NCBI GenBank assembly: GCA_035461405.1
Contig: DATHVH010000323.1
Location: 1,626-65,625 of the forward strand
Reading direction: 5' to 3'
Source: Anditalea sp.
GTDB taxonomy: Bacteria > Bacteroidota > Bacteroidia > Cytophagales > Cyclobacteriaceae
DNA length: 64,000 nt
Shown: piece after piece, positions 10,964 to 20,818 of the stretch
How the letters are laid out: each line of letters starts with the position of its first letter
How positions within the stretch are numbered: position 1 is the first letter of the stretch
Made by a program: the position numbers and the translations under genes
The notes under the pieces: model-generated
What the model saw: only the letters and a program-made list of their open reading frames with translations
Database searches by the model: none
What the model was told of the DNA's origin: nothing

Positions 10964-11818
10964 ATGGAAACAGCCATTTTAATTATTAAATGCAAGGACA
11001 ATAAGGGAATCGTCGCAGAAGTATCCAATTTTCTATATCGAAACAATGGCAATATAATCGCAGTGGATCAACATATAGATATAGAAACCGGGGAGTTTTT
11101 TATGAGAGCTGAATGGGAATTGGTTTCTTTTGATATTAATAAGGATCTGATATTAAAATCCTTTGGAGACCAGGTAGGTGATAAGTACCAAATGAAATAT
11201 ACCCTTTCCTTTTCACAGCCAAAACCCCGCATGGCTATCTTTGTGTCCAAATTATCACATTGCCTTTTTGATGTATTGAGCAGATATTATTCTGGGCAGT
11301 TCCAAGTTGAGATTCCTCTTATAATATCCAACCACCCTGATCTAGGAGCCGTGGTAAGGGCTTTTAAAATCCCCTTCCACATATTCCCCATTGATAAAGA
11401 AAACAAATTAGAGCAGGAACAAAAGCAATTGGAACTGTTAAAAAAACACCAAGTTGATTTTGTGGTACTAGCCAGATACATGCAGATATTAAGTCCAGCT
11501 TTTATAAGTGCATATCCATCAAAAATCATAAATATCCACCACTCTTTTTTACCGGCATTTGTTGGTGCTAGACCATATCACGCTGCCCATAGCAGAGGAG
11601 TGAAGATCATTGGCGCCACAGCACATTATGTAACGGAGGAATTGGATGCCGGGCCTATCTTGGAACAAGATGTAGCCCGGGTTCGACACCACAACTCCGT
11701 AGAGGATCTGGTTCAAATCGGTCAGGATATAGAAAAGGTAGTACTTTCTAAAGCTATCAAATATCATCTTACCAGAAGGGTACAGGTAGTGGGAAATAAA
11801 ACTGTGATTTTTAATTGA
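10964..11818 (+). CDS. purU: Formyltetrahydrofolate deformylase
   Basis: N-terminal ACT domain, VLARYMQIL, INIHHSFLPAF, GVKIIGATAHYVTEELDAGPI. Confidence 0.95.
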   Translation: METAILIIKCKDNKGIVAEVSNFLYRNNGNIIAVDQHIDIETGEFFMRAEWELVSFDINKDLILKSFGDQVGDKYQMKYTLSFSQPKPRMAIFVSKLSHCLFDVLSRYYSGQFQVEIPLIISNHPDLGAVVRAFKIPFHIFPIDKENKLEQEQKQLELLKKHQVDFVVLARYMQILSPAFISAYPSKIINIHHSFLPAFVGARPYHAAHSRGVKIIGATAHYVTEELDAGPILEQDVARVRHHNSVEDLVQIGQDIEKVVLSKAIKYHLTRRVQVVGNKTVIFN

Positions 11819-11890
11819 TCCCAGATTTATATCGCTGAAGATTTCTTAAATTAGTGATGGATTTCCCTATCAACACAAACCCCTAATAAG

Positions 11891-12343
11891 ATGAAAACCA
11901 ATGAGTTTTATAAAGCGTTGATCGAAAGATCATACCGAGCTGTGGAGAATAGGAATCTGGATGAGTTGGATGAATTGGTGCAAAAAGATGTCATAATTCA
12001 TACCCGTGATATGAATATTCCAGGTAATAAAGAGGGAATAGATTACCTCAAAGAGCAAGGAAGGTTTTATATGGATGCTTTTCCTGATATGAGATTTTCC
12101 ATAAAGGATATATTTATTGAAGGTGATAAAGGCATGGCCTACTATACCGTTACCGGAAGAAATACTGGTGAAATAAATGGTATGCCGCCTACCAATAAAG
12201 AGGTATCTGCAGATGTGGTGGAAATGTTCCGCTTTAAAGAAGGAAAACTATCAGAATATTGGAGTGTTTTTGATAACCTATCCTTTATGATGCAATTGGG
12301 ATTAATTACCCAAGAGGACCTTCAGAAAAAGGTAATGCACTGA
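11891..12343 (+). CDS. SnoaL-like ester cyclase (NTF2 fold)
   Basis: AFPDMRF, EGDK, GRNTG...PPTNK, FRFKEGKLSEYW...DNLSFMMQLG. Confidence 0.8.
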   Translation: MKTNEFYKALIERSYRAVENRNLDELDELVQKDVIIHTRDMNIPGNKEGIDYLKEQGRFYMDAFPDMRFSIKDIFIEGDKGMAYYTVTGRNTGEINGMPPTNKEVSADVVEMFRFKEGKLSEYWSVFDNLSFMMQLGLITQEDLQKKVMH

Positions 12344-12368
12344 TTAGCTAAGAAGTGAAGGGAAATCC

Positions 12369-12394
12369 AAAGAGGGCTTGATAAGCCCTCTTTT
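12369..12394 (+). terminator. Intrinsic terminator
   Basis: AAAGAGGGCTT-gat-AAGCCCTCTTTT. Confidence 0.75.
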
Positions 12395-12711
12395 ACTATT
12401 ATTAAATTACTTTTGTATAAACTAGTTGAATGTAGTGAGATTTTTGAACCCAATTAAACATTTTAGAACACTGAAATAAAATTACTGCTAAGTAGGGAAA
12501 ATGATTTCTATTAAAACATATAAAAGCATAGAAAAAAGGCTATAGCCTATTGTACCCTATATTGCATTTGATGGTTCTAATTTTAAATGAATACGCTGAA
12601 AAGTAAATCGTAAATATGAAAAGATACTCTTTTTTAGTTCTTCATTCTTAACAAATAAAGACAAATTAAAATATACCTTTTTGTCTTTCATTCTTTCCGG
12701 TATAATAATAA

Positions 12712-13935
12712 TCAATCCTTATACGGATCATACACATCTCCACCCGCCATGGCTACGCCTATTGGATTAAGCTTATGGAGTATCTTGATGGTATTACCCA
12801 TATGACCCAACACTTCTTGCAGATTTTTATAAACTTCTGGAGCTTCATCTGCACCAGATCCCCGAAGTTCAATCTGCCTACTTTTCATTTGTAATTTTAC
12901 TGCATCAAAGTCCACCTTGCCTTTAGCCACAATGGTTGGGATCTTCCTACCACTGACCTTATCTCTCTTCCACTTTTTTTTCCCGGCTGCCTGGGTCCTG
13001 CTCATCACTCGGCCTGCGCCATGAACAGTGGAATAAAGCGCCTTCTGGGATAGATCCCCTTCCACTCCTTCTATAATCACAGATGTATCCAACATATTGG
13101 CTCCTATAAATCCCATCTGGCCGGGAAATGCTGGGGTGCAGCCTTTTCTTACCACCCAGAAGTCTTCCCCAAAATGCTTTTCGCGCCAAGCAAAATTATG
13201 GTGATTGTGCACCTCAAATTCCACACTTGGATTGCCTAGAATTTCGAGCACTTTAGATACTGCCAAATCTCTGCCAGCATAGGCATAATCTCCTGCTAAA
13301 TTCATAGCATTTATATAGTCCTGGCCCAGTTCGGAATGAATATCTAAAAGGATCGGAGGACTATCCATAGATCCTTCCTTACCGCGGTCAGTAAAACTTA
13401 GACCCTGTGACATAGCGATAAAACCAGTAGCTGTTTTATGGCCAAATCCCCTTGAACCAAAATGCACACCTATCCACAGATATCCATCATCACCCTCAAA
13501 CAAATCCACGTAATGATTGCCACTCCCTACCGTTCCTAATTGTTCTCTCGCCAGGTTGAGCATGTTTCTCTGAGGAGCAAATTCCGCTTTAGAAATTTTA
13601 TCAAAAACTTCATGGTCTACGGGCTCATGATTAGGCCTACCCATACCAAATGATATCCTTCTAAAAATCTCATCCATGATTTTTGGAAGGTCTATATATA
13701 TATCCTCTACTAAAAAGTCAGTCTTCACAGCTTTATTACCGCAGGCTATATCAAATCCCACTCCAGACACCGATACCTTATTTTTATAAGCCACTGCTCC
13801 ACCTATAGGATGCGAATATCCATAATGGGCATCGGCTGTCAATACACCTATATCCTCTTCTCCTATACATTTATGGATTTGGCGAATAGAATTATCATCT
13901 ATAATCTCCTTCCCGAAGATGGTTAGGTTTTTCAT
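12712..13935 (-). CDS. rtcB: RtcB-family RNA ligase (3'-phosphate/5'-OH)
   Basis: GFDIACG, GSGNHY, VHFGSRG, HNHHN, VHGAGR, DEAPEVYK motifs all present. Confidence 0.9.
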   Translation of the reverse strand: MKNLTIFGKEIIDDNSIRQIHKCIGEEDIGVLTADAHYGYSHPIGGAVAYKNKVSVSGVGFDIACGNKAVKTDFLVEDIYIDLPKIMDEIFRRISFGMGRPNHEPVDHEVFDKISKAEFAPQRNMLNLAREQLGTVGSGNHYVDLFEGDDGYLWIGVHFGSRGFGHKTATGFIAMSQGLSFTDRGKEGSMDSPPILLDIHSELGQDYINAMNLAGDYAYAGRDLAVSKVLEILGNPSVEFEVHNHHNFAWREKHFGEDFWVVRKGCTPAFPGQMGFIGANMLDTSVIIEGVEGDLSQKALYSTVHGAGRVMSRTQAAGKKKWKRDKVSGRKIPTIVAKGKVDFDAVKLQMKSRQIELRGSGADEAPEVYKNLQEVLGHMGNTIKILHKLNPIGVAMAGGDVYDPYKD

Positions 13936-14080
13936 TTTGTTCTGTATGAAAATTTTATATAACTATAAAGCACTTAGTGAATACACCTTATGAATAAGAT
14001 TATGAAATAACGATGGTTTTTGGATTAGTTTCTAATCCCCTATTCACTAATGTTCCTATAAACTAAGTCCTCACTTCCCC

Positions 14081-14434
14081 TTACATTTTTACCCAACTTA
14101 TGGCTTTCTCTCTTTCTTCAAAAGAAAAATAATTAGTCTCAGGTGACATTACTGTCCCTGTCACTTTGATCAATATTTCTTTCCACTTAGCGTCTCCCAC
14201 CATAGCAATTTTCTTAAATCTATTATATGTAGGGATATTTTTTAGATCTTCAAAAAGAGCTTTGGGAGTTACATTTTCAAATTCGGGCAACTCTAAGTAT
14301 AGCCTAGGATCTTCATGATCTTCCAATACCTTTACTATCTCTGGATTTAAGGCTTCAAAAGTATGCTTATCTATTACTTTAGTAACTCTTATAGCCAAAA
14401 TATTATTTTTCGATTCATTTAAAAACTCTACCAT
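14081..14434 (-). CDS. STAS/SEC14 (SpoIIAA-like) domain protein
   Basis: 117 aa; RLYLEL, KALFEDLK, FKKIAMVGDAKW, F...EREKAISW pattern. Confidence 0.8.
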   Translation of the reverse strand: MVEFLNESKNNILAIRVTKVIDKHTFEALNPEIVKVLEDHEDPRLYLELPEFENVTPKALFEDLKNIPTYNRFKKIAMVGDAKWKEILIKVTGTVMSPETNYFSFEEREKAISWVKM

Positions 14435-14727
14435 TATATTTTTATTTAGAAATTATATGTATCATAAAATTACCCGTAAATCTAAAGGAGCTATATTCAC
14501 TCGAGCGCAATAGCTGACAGTCCACCATCGACAGCCACAAAAAGCATAATTTAATTTTTTACTATTTCTATTTGTTTGTGGCTCGAAAGCGGTTTTACAA
14601 TTTCACATTATTATAACGATCCCATTCTTTGAAATGTTAGATATGAGTTTTTAACTCTCCCACTAATTGTCTATTTTTATTTAGAAGGAAAATTAATCAG
14701 TGTATATATCTTTTTAAATGCAAAATC

Positions 14728-15552
14728 ATGAAAACCAGACTCATAGTATTGATTGATTTTAGTGCAGAAAATCTTTTGAAATTTGCAGGATTATGGAGTG
14801 AGATACTTCATGCTGATCTAATTCTAATCCATCAAGTGCCAGGATTGATACCGTCTTTAGCAGATGGAGAAAGTAGGGCTTTGATTATAGAAGAGGAAAA
14901 AAAAGAAGCCTTGGAGAAATTAAAATCATTGGCTTTTGATTATTTTCCTCAACTACAAAATGTCAAATATCATGTTTCCGAACAACTTCTCCTGACAACA
15001 ATTAAATCTATATCGGTCCAGGATAATGAATATAAAAATGTGGTATTAACTGGACTGAAAAAACGTGGTTTTTTTGAACAACTAATTTTTGGAAGTACTA
15101 CTTCTAGAATAATAGATGAATTGGATTATCCAGTAATTGCAATTCCGGCAAATATTGAAGCATTCATTCCAGAAAAAATAATTTTATCACTAAGCTATAG
15201 ATTCCCTTTAAATCAAGGTGCCTATCACAGACTTATTAGTGCGTTTGAAGATACTATTCAGATAAGTGAAATCATATCTGTGGTCACTCCCAAAGACAAC
15301 TATCTAGAAAGTGAAACCTATCTAAAAAGTCTTACTTCGGAAATCAAAAAGGAAGTGCCTACATCATATAAACTGTTTAAGGGAGATGAGCCTTTTAATG
15401 AAATTAAGCAACATGTATTGACGGGCCAGAAAAATTGTCTCTTGGTAGTTCAGAAAGGGTCAAGAACCTTATCAGATCAGTTCTTTAGAAAATTTTTTAT
15501 CAATGAACTTGTCCATGATGGATCTATCCCACTAGTAGTTCTGCCATTATGA
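14728..15552 (+). CDS. Universal stress protein (tandem Usp)
   Basis: LIVLIDFS, LILIH, FGSTT...PVIAIP, C-terminal PLVVLP. Confidence 0.85.
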   Translation: MKTRLIVLIDFSAENLLKFAGLWSEILHADLILIHQVPGLIPSLADGESRALIIEEEKKEALEKLKSLAFDYFPQLQNVKYHVSEQLLLTTIKSISVQDNEYKNVVLTGLKKRGFFEQLIFGSTTSRIIDELDYPVIAIPANIEAFIPEKIILSLSYRFPLNQGAYHRLISAFEDTIQISEIISVVTPKDNYLESETYLKSLTSEIKKEVPTSYKLFKGDEPFNEIKQHVLTGQKNCLLVVQKGSRTLSDQFFRKFFINELVHDGSIPLVVLPL

Positions 15553-17219
15553 ACTGGTTTGCCGAAATAGCCCTACATCCTTTCTATGAGTTTGCGTTGA
15601 TATTGTTTTTTGCTGCATTGTTAGGAGCATTGGGTCAATTGTTTAGACAGCCGCTTATTGTAATGTTTATTGCTTTGGGCATACTGGTAGGGCCAGCATT
15701 TTTGGATATAGTGAAATCTGAAGAAAACATTCAGCTGCTTGCCGAAATAGGGATAGCTATACTGCTATTTATAGTTGGTCTCAAGCTGGATTTGAGGATT
15801 ATAAAATCCGTGGGGAAAATTGCCCTGATTACTGGTATGGGACAGGTAATCTTTACATCTTTGATAGGCTATTTTATTGCTCTTGCCCTGGATTTCTCTA
15901 GCCTCCATAGTTTCTACATTGCAGTAGCCCTTACTTTTTCCAGTACCATCATTATAGTAAAACTACTCTCTGATAAAAAAGAAATAGATGCTCTTCATGG
16001 TCAGATAGCGATAGGTTTTCTTATCGTACAGGATATGGTGGTGATATTAGTCATGATAGTACTTTCATCTATGGGTCAGGATGAGGGTAATTCTATAGGT
16101 GAGGACATTGCATTTACCCTGATTTCTGGTTTATTTCTCCTTTTCATCACCTTCGTAATGATGAAATGGGTAATACCGATACTAAGTCCCTTTTTAGCAA
16201 AATCAACAGAAATGTTAACCCTATTTGCCATCGCATGGGCAGTAACGCTCGCGGCTTTTGGTGAAATGATCGGATTTAGTGGGGAGGTAGGTGCTTTTTT
16301 GGCAGGCGTGAGTTTGGCTTCTTCTAAATTTAAAGATGTGATCGGCAGCAGGCTAATCAGTTTAAGGGATTTTCTATTGCTTTTCTTTTTTGTTAATCTG
16401 GGAGCTAACCTTAATTTAGAAGTAATCGGCAATCAGATTCCCTCTGCACTGATTTTCTCTGCATTTGTCCTGATAGGCAATCCACTGATAGTGCTAATCA
16501 TAATGGGAGTGATGGGATATCGAAAGAGGACATCTTTTCTTGCTGGCCTTACAGTAGCACAGATAAGTGAGTTCTCGCTTATATTTGCGGGTCTTGGGCT
16601 AGCTGTGGGACATTTAAATGAAGAGGTAGTCGGACTGATTACTTTGGTAGGATTGATTACTATTGCTCTTTCCACTTACCTTATTCTATATTCCCATCAG
16701 ATTTACGAATTCATTGCTCCTGTATTATCCCCCTTTGAAAAGAAAAATCCCTATAGGGAAATGGACTTCAAACCCGTGCAATATCAACATTTTGATGTGA
16801 TTCTTTTTGGGTTGGGACGTTTTGGAAGTAAGGTCGCAGAAATGCTGGACCAGCACCCCGAAACCAATTACTTGGGAATTGATTTTGACCCCCAGTTAGT
16901 AGAAACATTTCAAAAAAGGGGGAAAGATGTAATCTATGGTGATATGGAAGATCCTGAAATTTTAGAACATATTCCCTACCGTACATCAACCTGTATACTC
17001 AGTACTATACCTAATATGGACCATTCTGTACATCTGGTGAAAAAATTAAAAAGAGAAGGGTACAAGGGTAGAATCCTTATTACTGCACTTAATGAAAAAG
17101 AACAGGAATTACTTCAGATATGTGAAGCGGATGAAGTTTTACTCCCCCATGAAATGGCTGCCAGGAATTTTTACAGCGATTTTATGGAGAAAATAAGCAA
17201 GACTCAGTTTAACAGATAA
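15549..17219 (+). CDS. CPA2 cation:proton antiporter, Kef-like, with KTN/TrkA-N domain
   Basis: Many TM segments, LTFSSTIII, LIVQD, AQISEFS, C-terminal GLGRFG Rossmann motif; ATGA overlap with usp. Confidence 0.9.
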   Translation: MNWFAEIALHPFYEFALILFFAALLGALGQLFRQPLIVMFIALGILVGPAFLDIVKSEENIQLLAEIGIAILLFIVGLKLDLRIIKSVGKIALITGMGQVIFTSLIGYFIALALDFSSLHSFYIAVALTFSSTIIIVKLLSDKKEIDALHGQIAIGFLIVQDMVVILVMIVLSSMGQDEGNSIGEDIAFTLISGLFLLFITFVMMKWVIPILSPFLAKSTEMLTLFAIAWAVTLAAFGEMIGFSGEVGAFLAGVSLASSKFKDVIGSRLISLRDFLLLFFFVNLGANLNLEVIGNQIPSALIFSAFVLIGNPLIVLIIMGVMGYRKRTSFLAGLTVAQISEFSLIFAGLGLAVGHLNEEVVGLITLVGLITIALSTYLILYSHQIYEFIAPVLSPFEKKNPYREMDFKPVQYQHFDVILFGLGRFGSKVAEMLDQHPETNYLGIDFDPQLVETFQKRGKDVIYGDMEDPEILEHIPYRTSTCILSTIPNMDHSVHLVKKLKREGYKGRILITALNEKEQELLQICEADEVLLPHEMAARNFYSDFMEKISKTQFNR

Positions 17220-17404
17220 TTTATAAAAAGCCTTAGATAACATAAAAACAATATAGTGAGCCTCTAATCAAAACTAATTTACAATATATAGCTAAAGTCA
17301 AATTCAGTCATAAAGGCGGAAGAAATACCATGCACCACGGCAACCTTTATAAATTTTTAAACCAAAATCTTTAACAAGCAGTTAGGTGGCAAAAAGTCAG
17401 AAAA

Positions 17405-17485
17405 ATGGAATTAGTAATAGTAGGTTCTGTTGTAATAACCGCAATTATTATGATCAGGGTAGTAATTAAAAAAGTTTTTGAGTAG
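17405..17485 (+). CDS. Putative 26-aa single-TM small protein (MELVIVGSVVITAIIMIRVVIKKVFE)
   Basis: Translated by hand; A-rich start context, hydrophobic helix followed by R/KK. Confidence 0.45.
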   Translation: MELVIVGSVVITAIIMIRVVIKKVFE

Positions 17486-17561
17486 AATAAAGGGATTGTG
17501 ATGCATCTGAATACGCTGCATGAAAAATAAGGCTTTCAAGCTCAAATCGATACATAGGCTG

Positions 17562-17598
17562 AAAAAACAGAGGTGCAAGGTCAGAGACCTCCCACCTC
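17562..17598 (-). terminator. Intrinsic terminator of gdhA
   Basis: Minus strand GAGGTGGGAGGTC-tct-GACCTTGCACCTC followed by TGTTTTTT. Confidence 0.7.
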
Positions 17599-17638
17599 AT
17601 ATTTTAATATTAACTTATTTTCTAATTGCTGCCCATTT

Positions 17639-18997
17639 TTACACTATCCCTTGAGCTTTCATAGCTTCTGCTACTTTGAGGAAACCAAAGATATTAGCCC
17701 CTTCAAGGTAGTTGCCCGGAACGCCGTATTCTTCTGCCGCATTCAAACATACCTCATGGATATTTTCCATGATATGCATAAGTTTGGCATCAACATCTTC
17801 CCGGTTCCAATATACACCCATCCTATTTTGGGTCATTTCCAAGCCAGAAACTGCGACTCCTCCCGCATTGGCACATTTACCTGGAGCATATAAGATATTT
17901 GATTCCTGAAGTACGGCTATGGCTTCTGAACTACAGGGCATATTTGCACCCTCAGCCAGAAGTATAATTTTATTTTCCGCTAAATGCTCAGCATCTTTTT
18001 TATTGATTTCATTTTGTGTAGCGCAAGGGAATACACAGTCAGCCTCCACTTTCCATAGAGGATTAAAGTCGGAATCATCCGTTTCAAAATATTCCGCCTC
18101 AGGATATTCATCTACATATTCTTTGATTCTGCCACGCTTAGTATTTTTTAAGTCCTTAATAAAGTCAAGCTTCGCTTCATCTATCCCATCCTTATCCACT
18201 ATATATCCAGAAGAATCAGAAACAGTTATAGGAATTCCTCCAAGTTCTATAATTTTCTCAATGGCATATTGCGATACATTGCCCGCTCCTGATACGATAC
18301 ATTTTTTACCTTCTATGGAATCATCTTTGGCCTTTAGCATATTACAGGCAAAATAAATGAGACCGTAACCAGTAGCCTCTGGCCGAATGACGCTTCCTCC
18401 CCAGTGCTTACCCTTGCCGGTAAGAATTCCGGTAAATTCATTTTTCAATTTTTTATACATGCCAAACATGTATCCGATCTCCCGAGATCCTACTCCTATA
18501 TCCCCTGCAGGCACATCGGTAAAATCTCCAATATGTCTGAAGAGCTCCTGCATGAAAGCTTGGCAAAACCGCATAATCTCAGCATCTGATTTTCCTTTGG
18601 GATCAAAATCAGCCCCACCTTTACCACCTCCCATAGGCAAACTGGTCAGAGCATTTTTAAAAATCTGCTCGAAAGCCAAAAACTTTAGTATACTTGAATT
18701 TACTGAGGGGTGAAATCGAAGCCCACCTTTATATGGACCGATAGCAGAATTCATTTGAACCCTATAACCCCTGTTAATCTGCACTTCTCCGGCATCATCT
18801 TGCCATGCCACACGAAAAGTTATCACACGCTCAGGTTCTATCATCCTTTCCAGGATCTTGAGATCTCCGTATTCGGGATGACGCTCGAGTACCCTTCCAA
18901 CGGATGAAACAACTTCTTCTACTGCCTGAATAAATTCTTTTTCATTTGGACTTCTTTTATTGATATAGGTTAAAATTTGTTTTTTTAAATCGGTCAT
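17639..18997 (-). CDS. gdhA: NADP-specific glutamate dehydrogenase
   Basis: GPYKGGLRFHP, MGGGKGG, DVPAGDIGVG, RPEATGYG, SGAGNV, EGANMP. Confidence 0.95.
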   Translation of the reverse strand: MTDLKKQILTYINKRSPNEKEFIQAVEEVVSSVGRVLERHPEYGDLKILERMIEPERVITFRVAWQDDAGEVQINRGYRVQMNSAIGPYKGGLRFHPSVNSSILKFLAFEQIFKNALTSLPMGGGKGGADFDPKGKSDAEIMRFCQAFMQELFRHIGDFTDVPAGDIGVGSREIGYMFGMYKKLKNEFTGILTGKGKHWGGSVIRPEATGYGLIYFACNMLKAKDDSIEGKKCIVSGAGNVSQYAIEKIIELGGIPITVSDSSGYIVDKDGIDEAKLDFIKDLKNTKRGRIKEYVDEYPEAEYFETDDSDFNPLWKVEADCVFPCATQNEINKKDAEHLAENKIILLAEGANMPCSSEAIAVLQESNILYAPGKCANAGGVAVSGLEMTQNRMGVYWNREDVDAKLMHIMENIHEVCLNAAEEYGVPGNYLEGANIFGFLKVAEAMKAQGIV

Positions 18998-19524
18998 AAG
19001 GTAGATTAGGTTTGATATATATATGCTTATTACCTAAACGGGTTGTAGAGACAACTGTTAAAATAATAAGCCTACTTGCTATAATCGCAAGATTTTTCTT
19101 TCGGCCGCCTAATTTAAGAAAAATAGCTCAATACGCACTACTCCTTTGATTTGGTTTTGGTATCATTTACAAAACTAACCTTACCTAGACCACAATATTT
19201 CCATTAAAATAATTGTATATCTATAACAGGAAAAAATATCTTATAAAAACTGTCAATCTTTATCATATACTTAAGAGAAATAGTATAAATGCCCGGCTCA
19301 TGGTACTCTATTCCAAATGGATTCGATGAAGATGAAGTTTCCCATTACCAAATCCCCAATTTAAATCTTCACATGACTGTTTCTCTTCACCTGATTTATT
19401 CAGGAAATAATAAGGTGGAAAAAGTAATTTAAGCATCAGCTGCAGACAAAGAATCCGCGGTATTATAAGCTTTAGCAAAAAAAATAAAATAGAAACAAAT
19501 AAAAAGTAGCCAATTAAATAAATT

Positions 19525-19570
19525 AACACCACAAAACAAGACAAAAATTTAAGTCTTGTTTTGTGGTGTT
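19525..19570 (-). terminator. Terminator closing the YeeE pair
   Basis: AACACCACAAAACAAGAC-10 nt-GTCTTGTTTTGTGGTGTT, 18-bp perfect stem next to the stop codon. Confidence 0.75.
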
Positions 19571-19574
19571 TAAT

Positions 19575-20069
19575 TTAATGAGGAAGTTTATCAGCAAACC
19601 TGCCATATACCCAGGTACCAGCTATGGCACTAAGCAAAGTCACGATTACTACCGTAAAGCCACTCCCTATCTGAGCAAATAAAGGTCCCGGACAGGCACC
19701 GGTCAATGCCCAGCCCAATCCAAATACAAAACCTCCGATAATCTGCCCTTTTTTGAACTCCTTGTCAGCGATCTCTATAGGTTCACCTGAAATAGTTTTA
19801 ATATTAAACTTTTTGATCAGGAAGATAGAAATCATCCCTACTGCTATAGCAGAGCCAATCACTCCATACATGAAAAAAGACTGAAGCCTAAACATCTCCT
19901 GTATTCTAAACCATGAAATAATTTCCGCTTTTACGAAAACTATTCCGAAGAGAATACCTACTATAAGATATTTCAATAAGGAAAGCCCAGTCTCCTCCAT
20001 TTTTTGCATATTAGGAGCTTCACATTCTATGGGATTATCCCTATCTATTTTTTGATTTTGAATTTTCAT
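19575..20069 (-). CDS. YeeE/YedE sulfur-transporter half (DUF6691/PmpB-like)
   Basis: TM helices, FGLGWALTGACPGP conserved Cys motif. Confidence 0.85.
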   Translation of the reverse strand: MKIQNQKIDRDNPIECEAPNMQKMEETGLSLLKYLIVGILFGIVFVKAEIISWFRIQEMFRLQSFFMYGVIGSAIAVGMISIFLIKKFNIKTISGEPIEIADKEFKKGQIIGGFVFGLGWALTGACPGPLFAQIGSGFTVVIVTLLSAIAGTWVYGRFADKLPH

Positions 20070-20120
20070 TCTATAATATTTTTGATATTGCTTGAATAAA
20101 TTTGTAAGTACCTAGCTGGA

Positions 20121-20702
20121 TCAAAATCCTACTGCGGCCATGATATAAGGCAATAGTAAGTGAGTCATCGCAAAACCACCCAGCATAAAGAAAATAGTAG
20201 CTACCATAGAGGGCCACTGCAGATTACTGATACCCATAATGGCGTGTCCAGAGGTACAGCCACCTGCATATCTGGTCCCAAAGCCTACCAGAAACCCACC
20301 TATCACAAAGAAAAACAATCCTTTTAAAGTAAATATATTTTCCCATGTAAAGATTTCAGAAGGCATTAGGTTGCCAAAACTGGTCAAGCCCAATGCTGCA
20401 AGATCTCTTTGTGTGCTTTCTGCTACTACTACAGTATCAGGATTTGAAAGGAGGACGACTGCTAAAAAACCTCCGATCATAATACCCAGTACAAATACCA
20501 GGTTCCACATTTCCTTCTGCCAATTATATTGGAAGAAAGGTAAATTAGCAGGAAAACACGCCGCACAGGCATGACGCAATGATGATGATATTCCAAAAGA
20601 CTTATTCCCCAACAGCAATAGTGCCGGCACTGTCAACCCGATCAAAGGTCCTGCTACATACCATGCCCACGGTTGTCTGATCCATTCCATTAATTGTTCC
20701 AT
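20121..20702 (-). CDS. YeeE/YedE sulfur-transporter half (PmpA-like)
   Basis: FGISS, GFGTRYAGGCTSGHAI motif. Confidence 0.9.
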   Translation of the reverse strand: MEQLMEWIRQPWAWYVAGPLIGLTVPALLLLGNKSFGISSSLRHACAACFPANLPFFQYNWQKEMWNLVFVLGIMIGGFLAVVLLSNPDTVVVAESTQRDLAALGLTSFGNLMPSEIFTWENIFTLKGLFFFVIGGFLVGFGTRYAGGCTSGHAIMGISNLQWPSMVATIFFMLGGFAMTHLLLPYIMAAVGF

Positions 20703-20818
20703 TATATTTTATATTATATTTCTATTCTTTATTGTTCCACTGAAATCCACCAATTCTTTTACTAGTTCCCCAATTGCAACATTTTATCCCAATATATTTA
20801 AGACGCTAAACCTTTTCA

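Noticed and set aside
14485-14540. Fluoride-riboswitch-like start (GTCGATGGTGG on the minus strand) near usp/antiporter
   Set aside because: No closing P1 strand, no downstream RAUGAC-CC pseudoknot partner, and it points away from the antiporter
17573-18907. Several plus-strand ORFs opposite gdhA
   Set aside because: Antisense shadows of a highly conserved gene
19308-19544. 78-aa minus-strand ORF in the track
   Set aside because: Starts inside the terminator hairpin, non-ATG start, no recognizable motifs
20764-20781. Possible fourth CRP-like box upstream of the YeeE pair (AGTTCCCCAATTGCAACA)
   Set aside because: Poor match to TGTGA-N6-TCACA and no -7 element at the 21-22 nt spacing; the YeeE genes may be read through from the porin promoter
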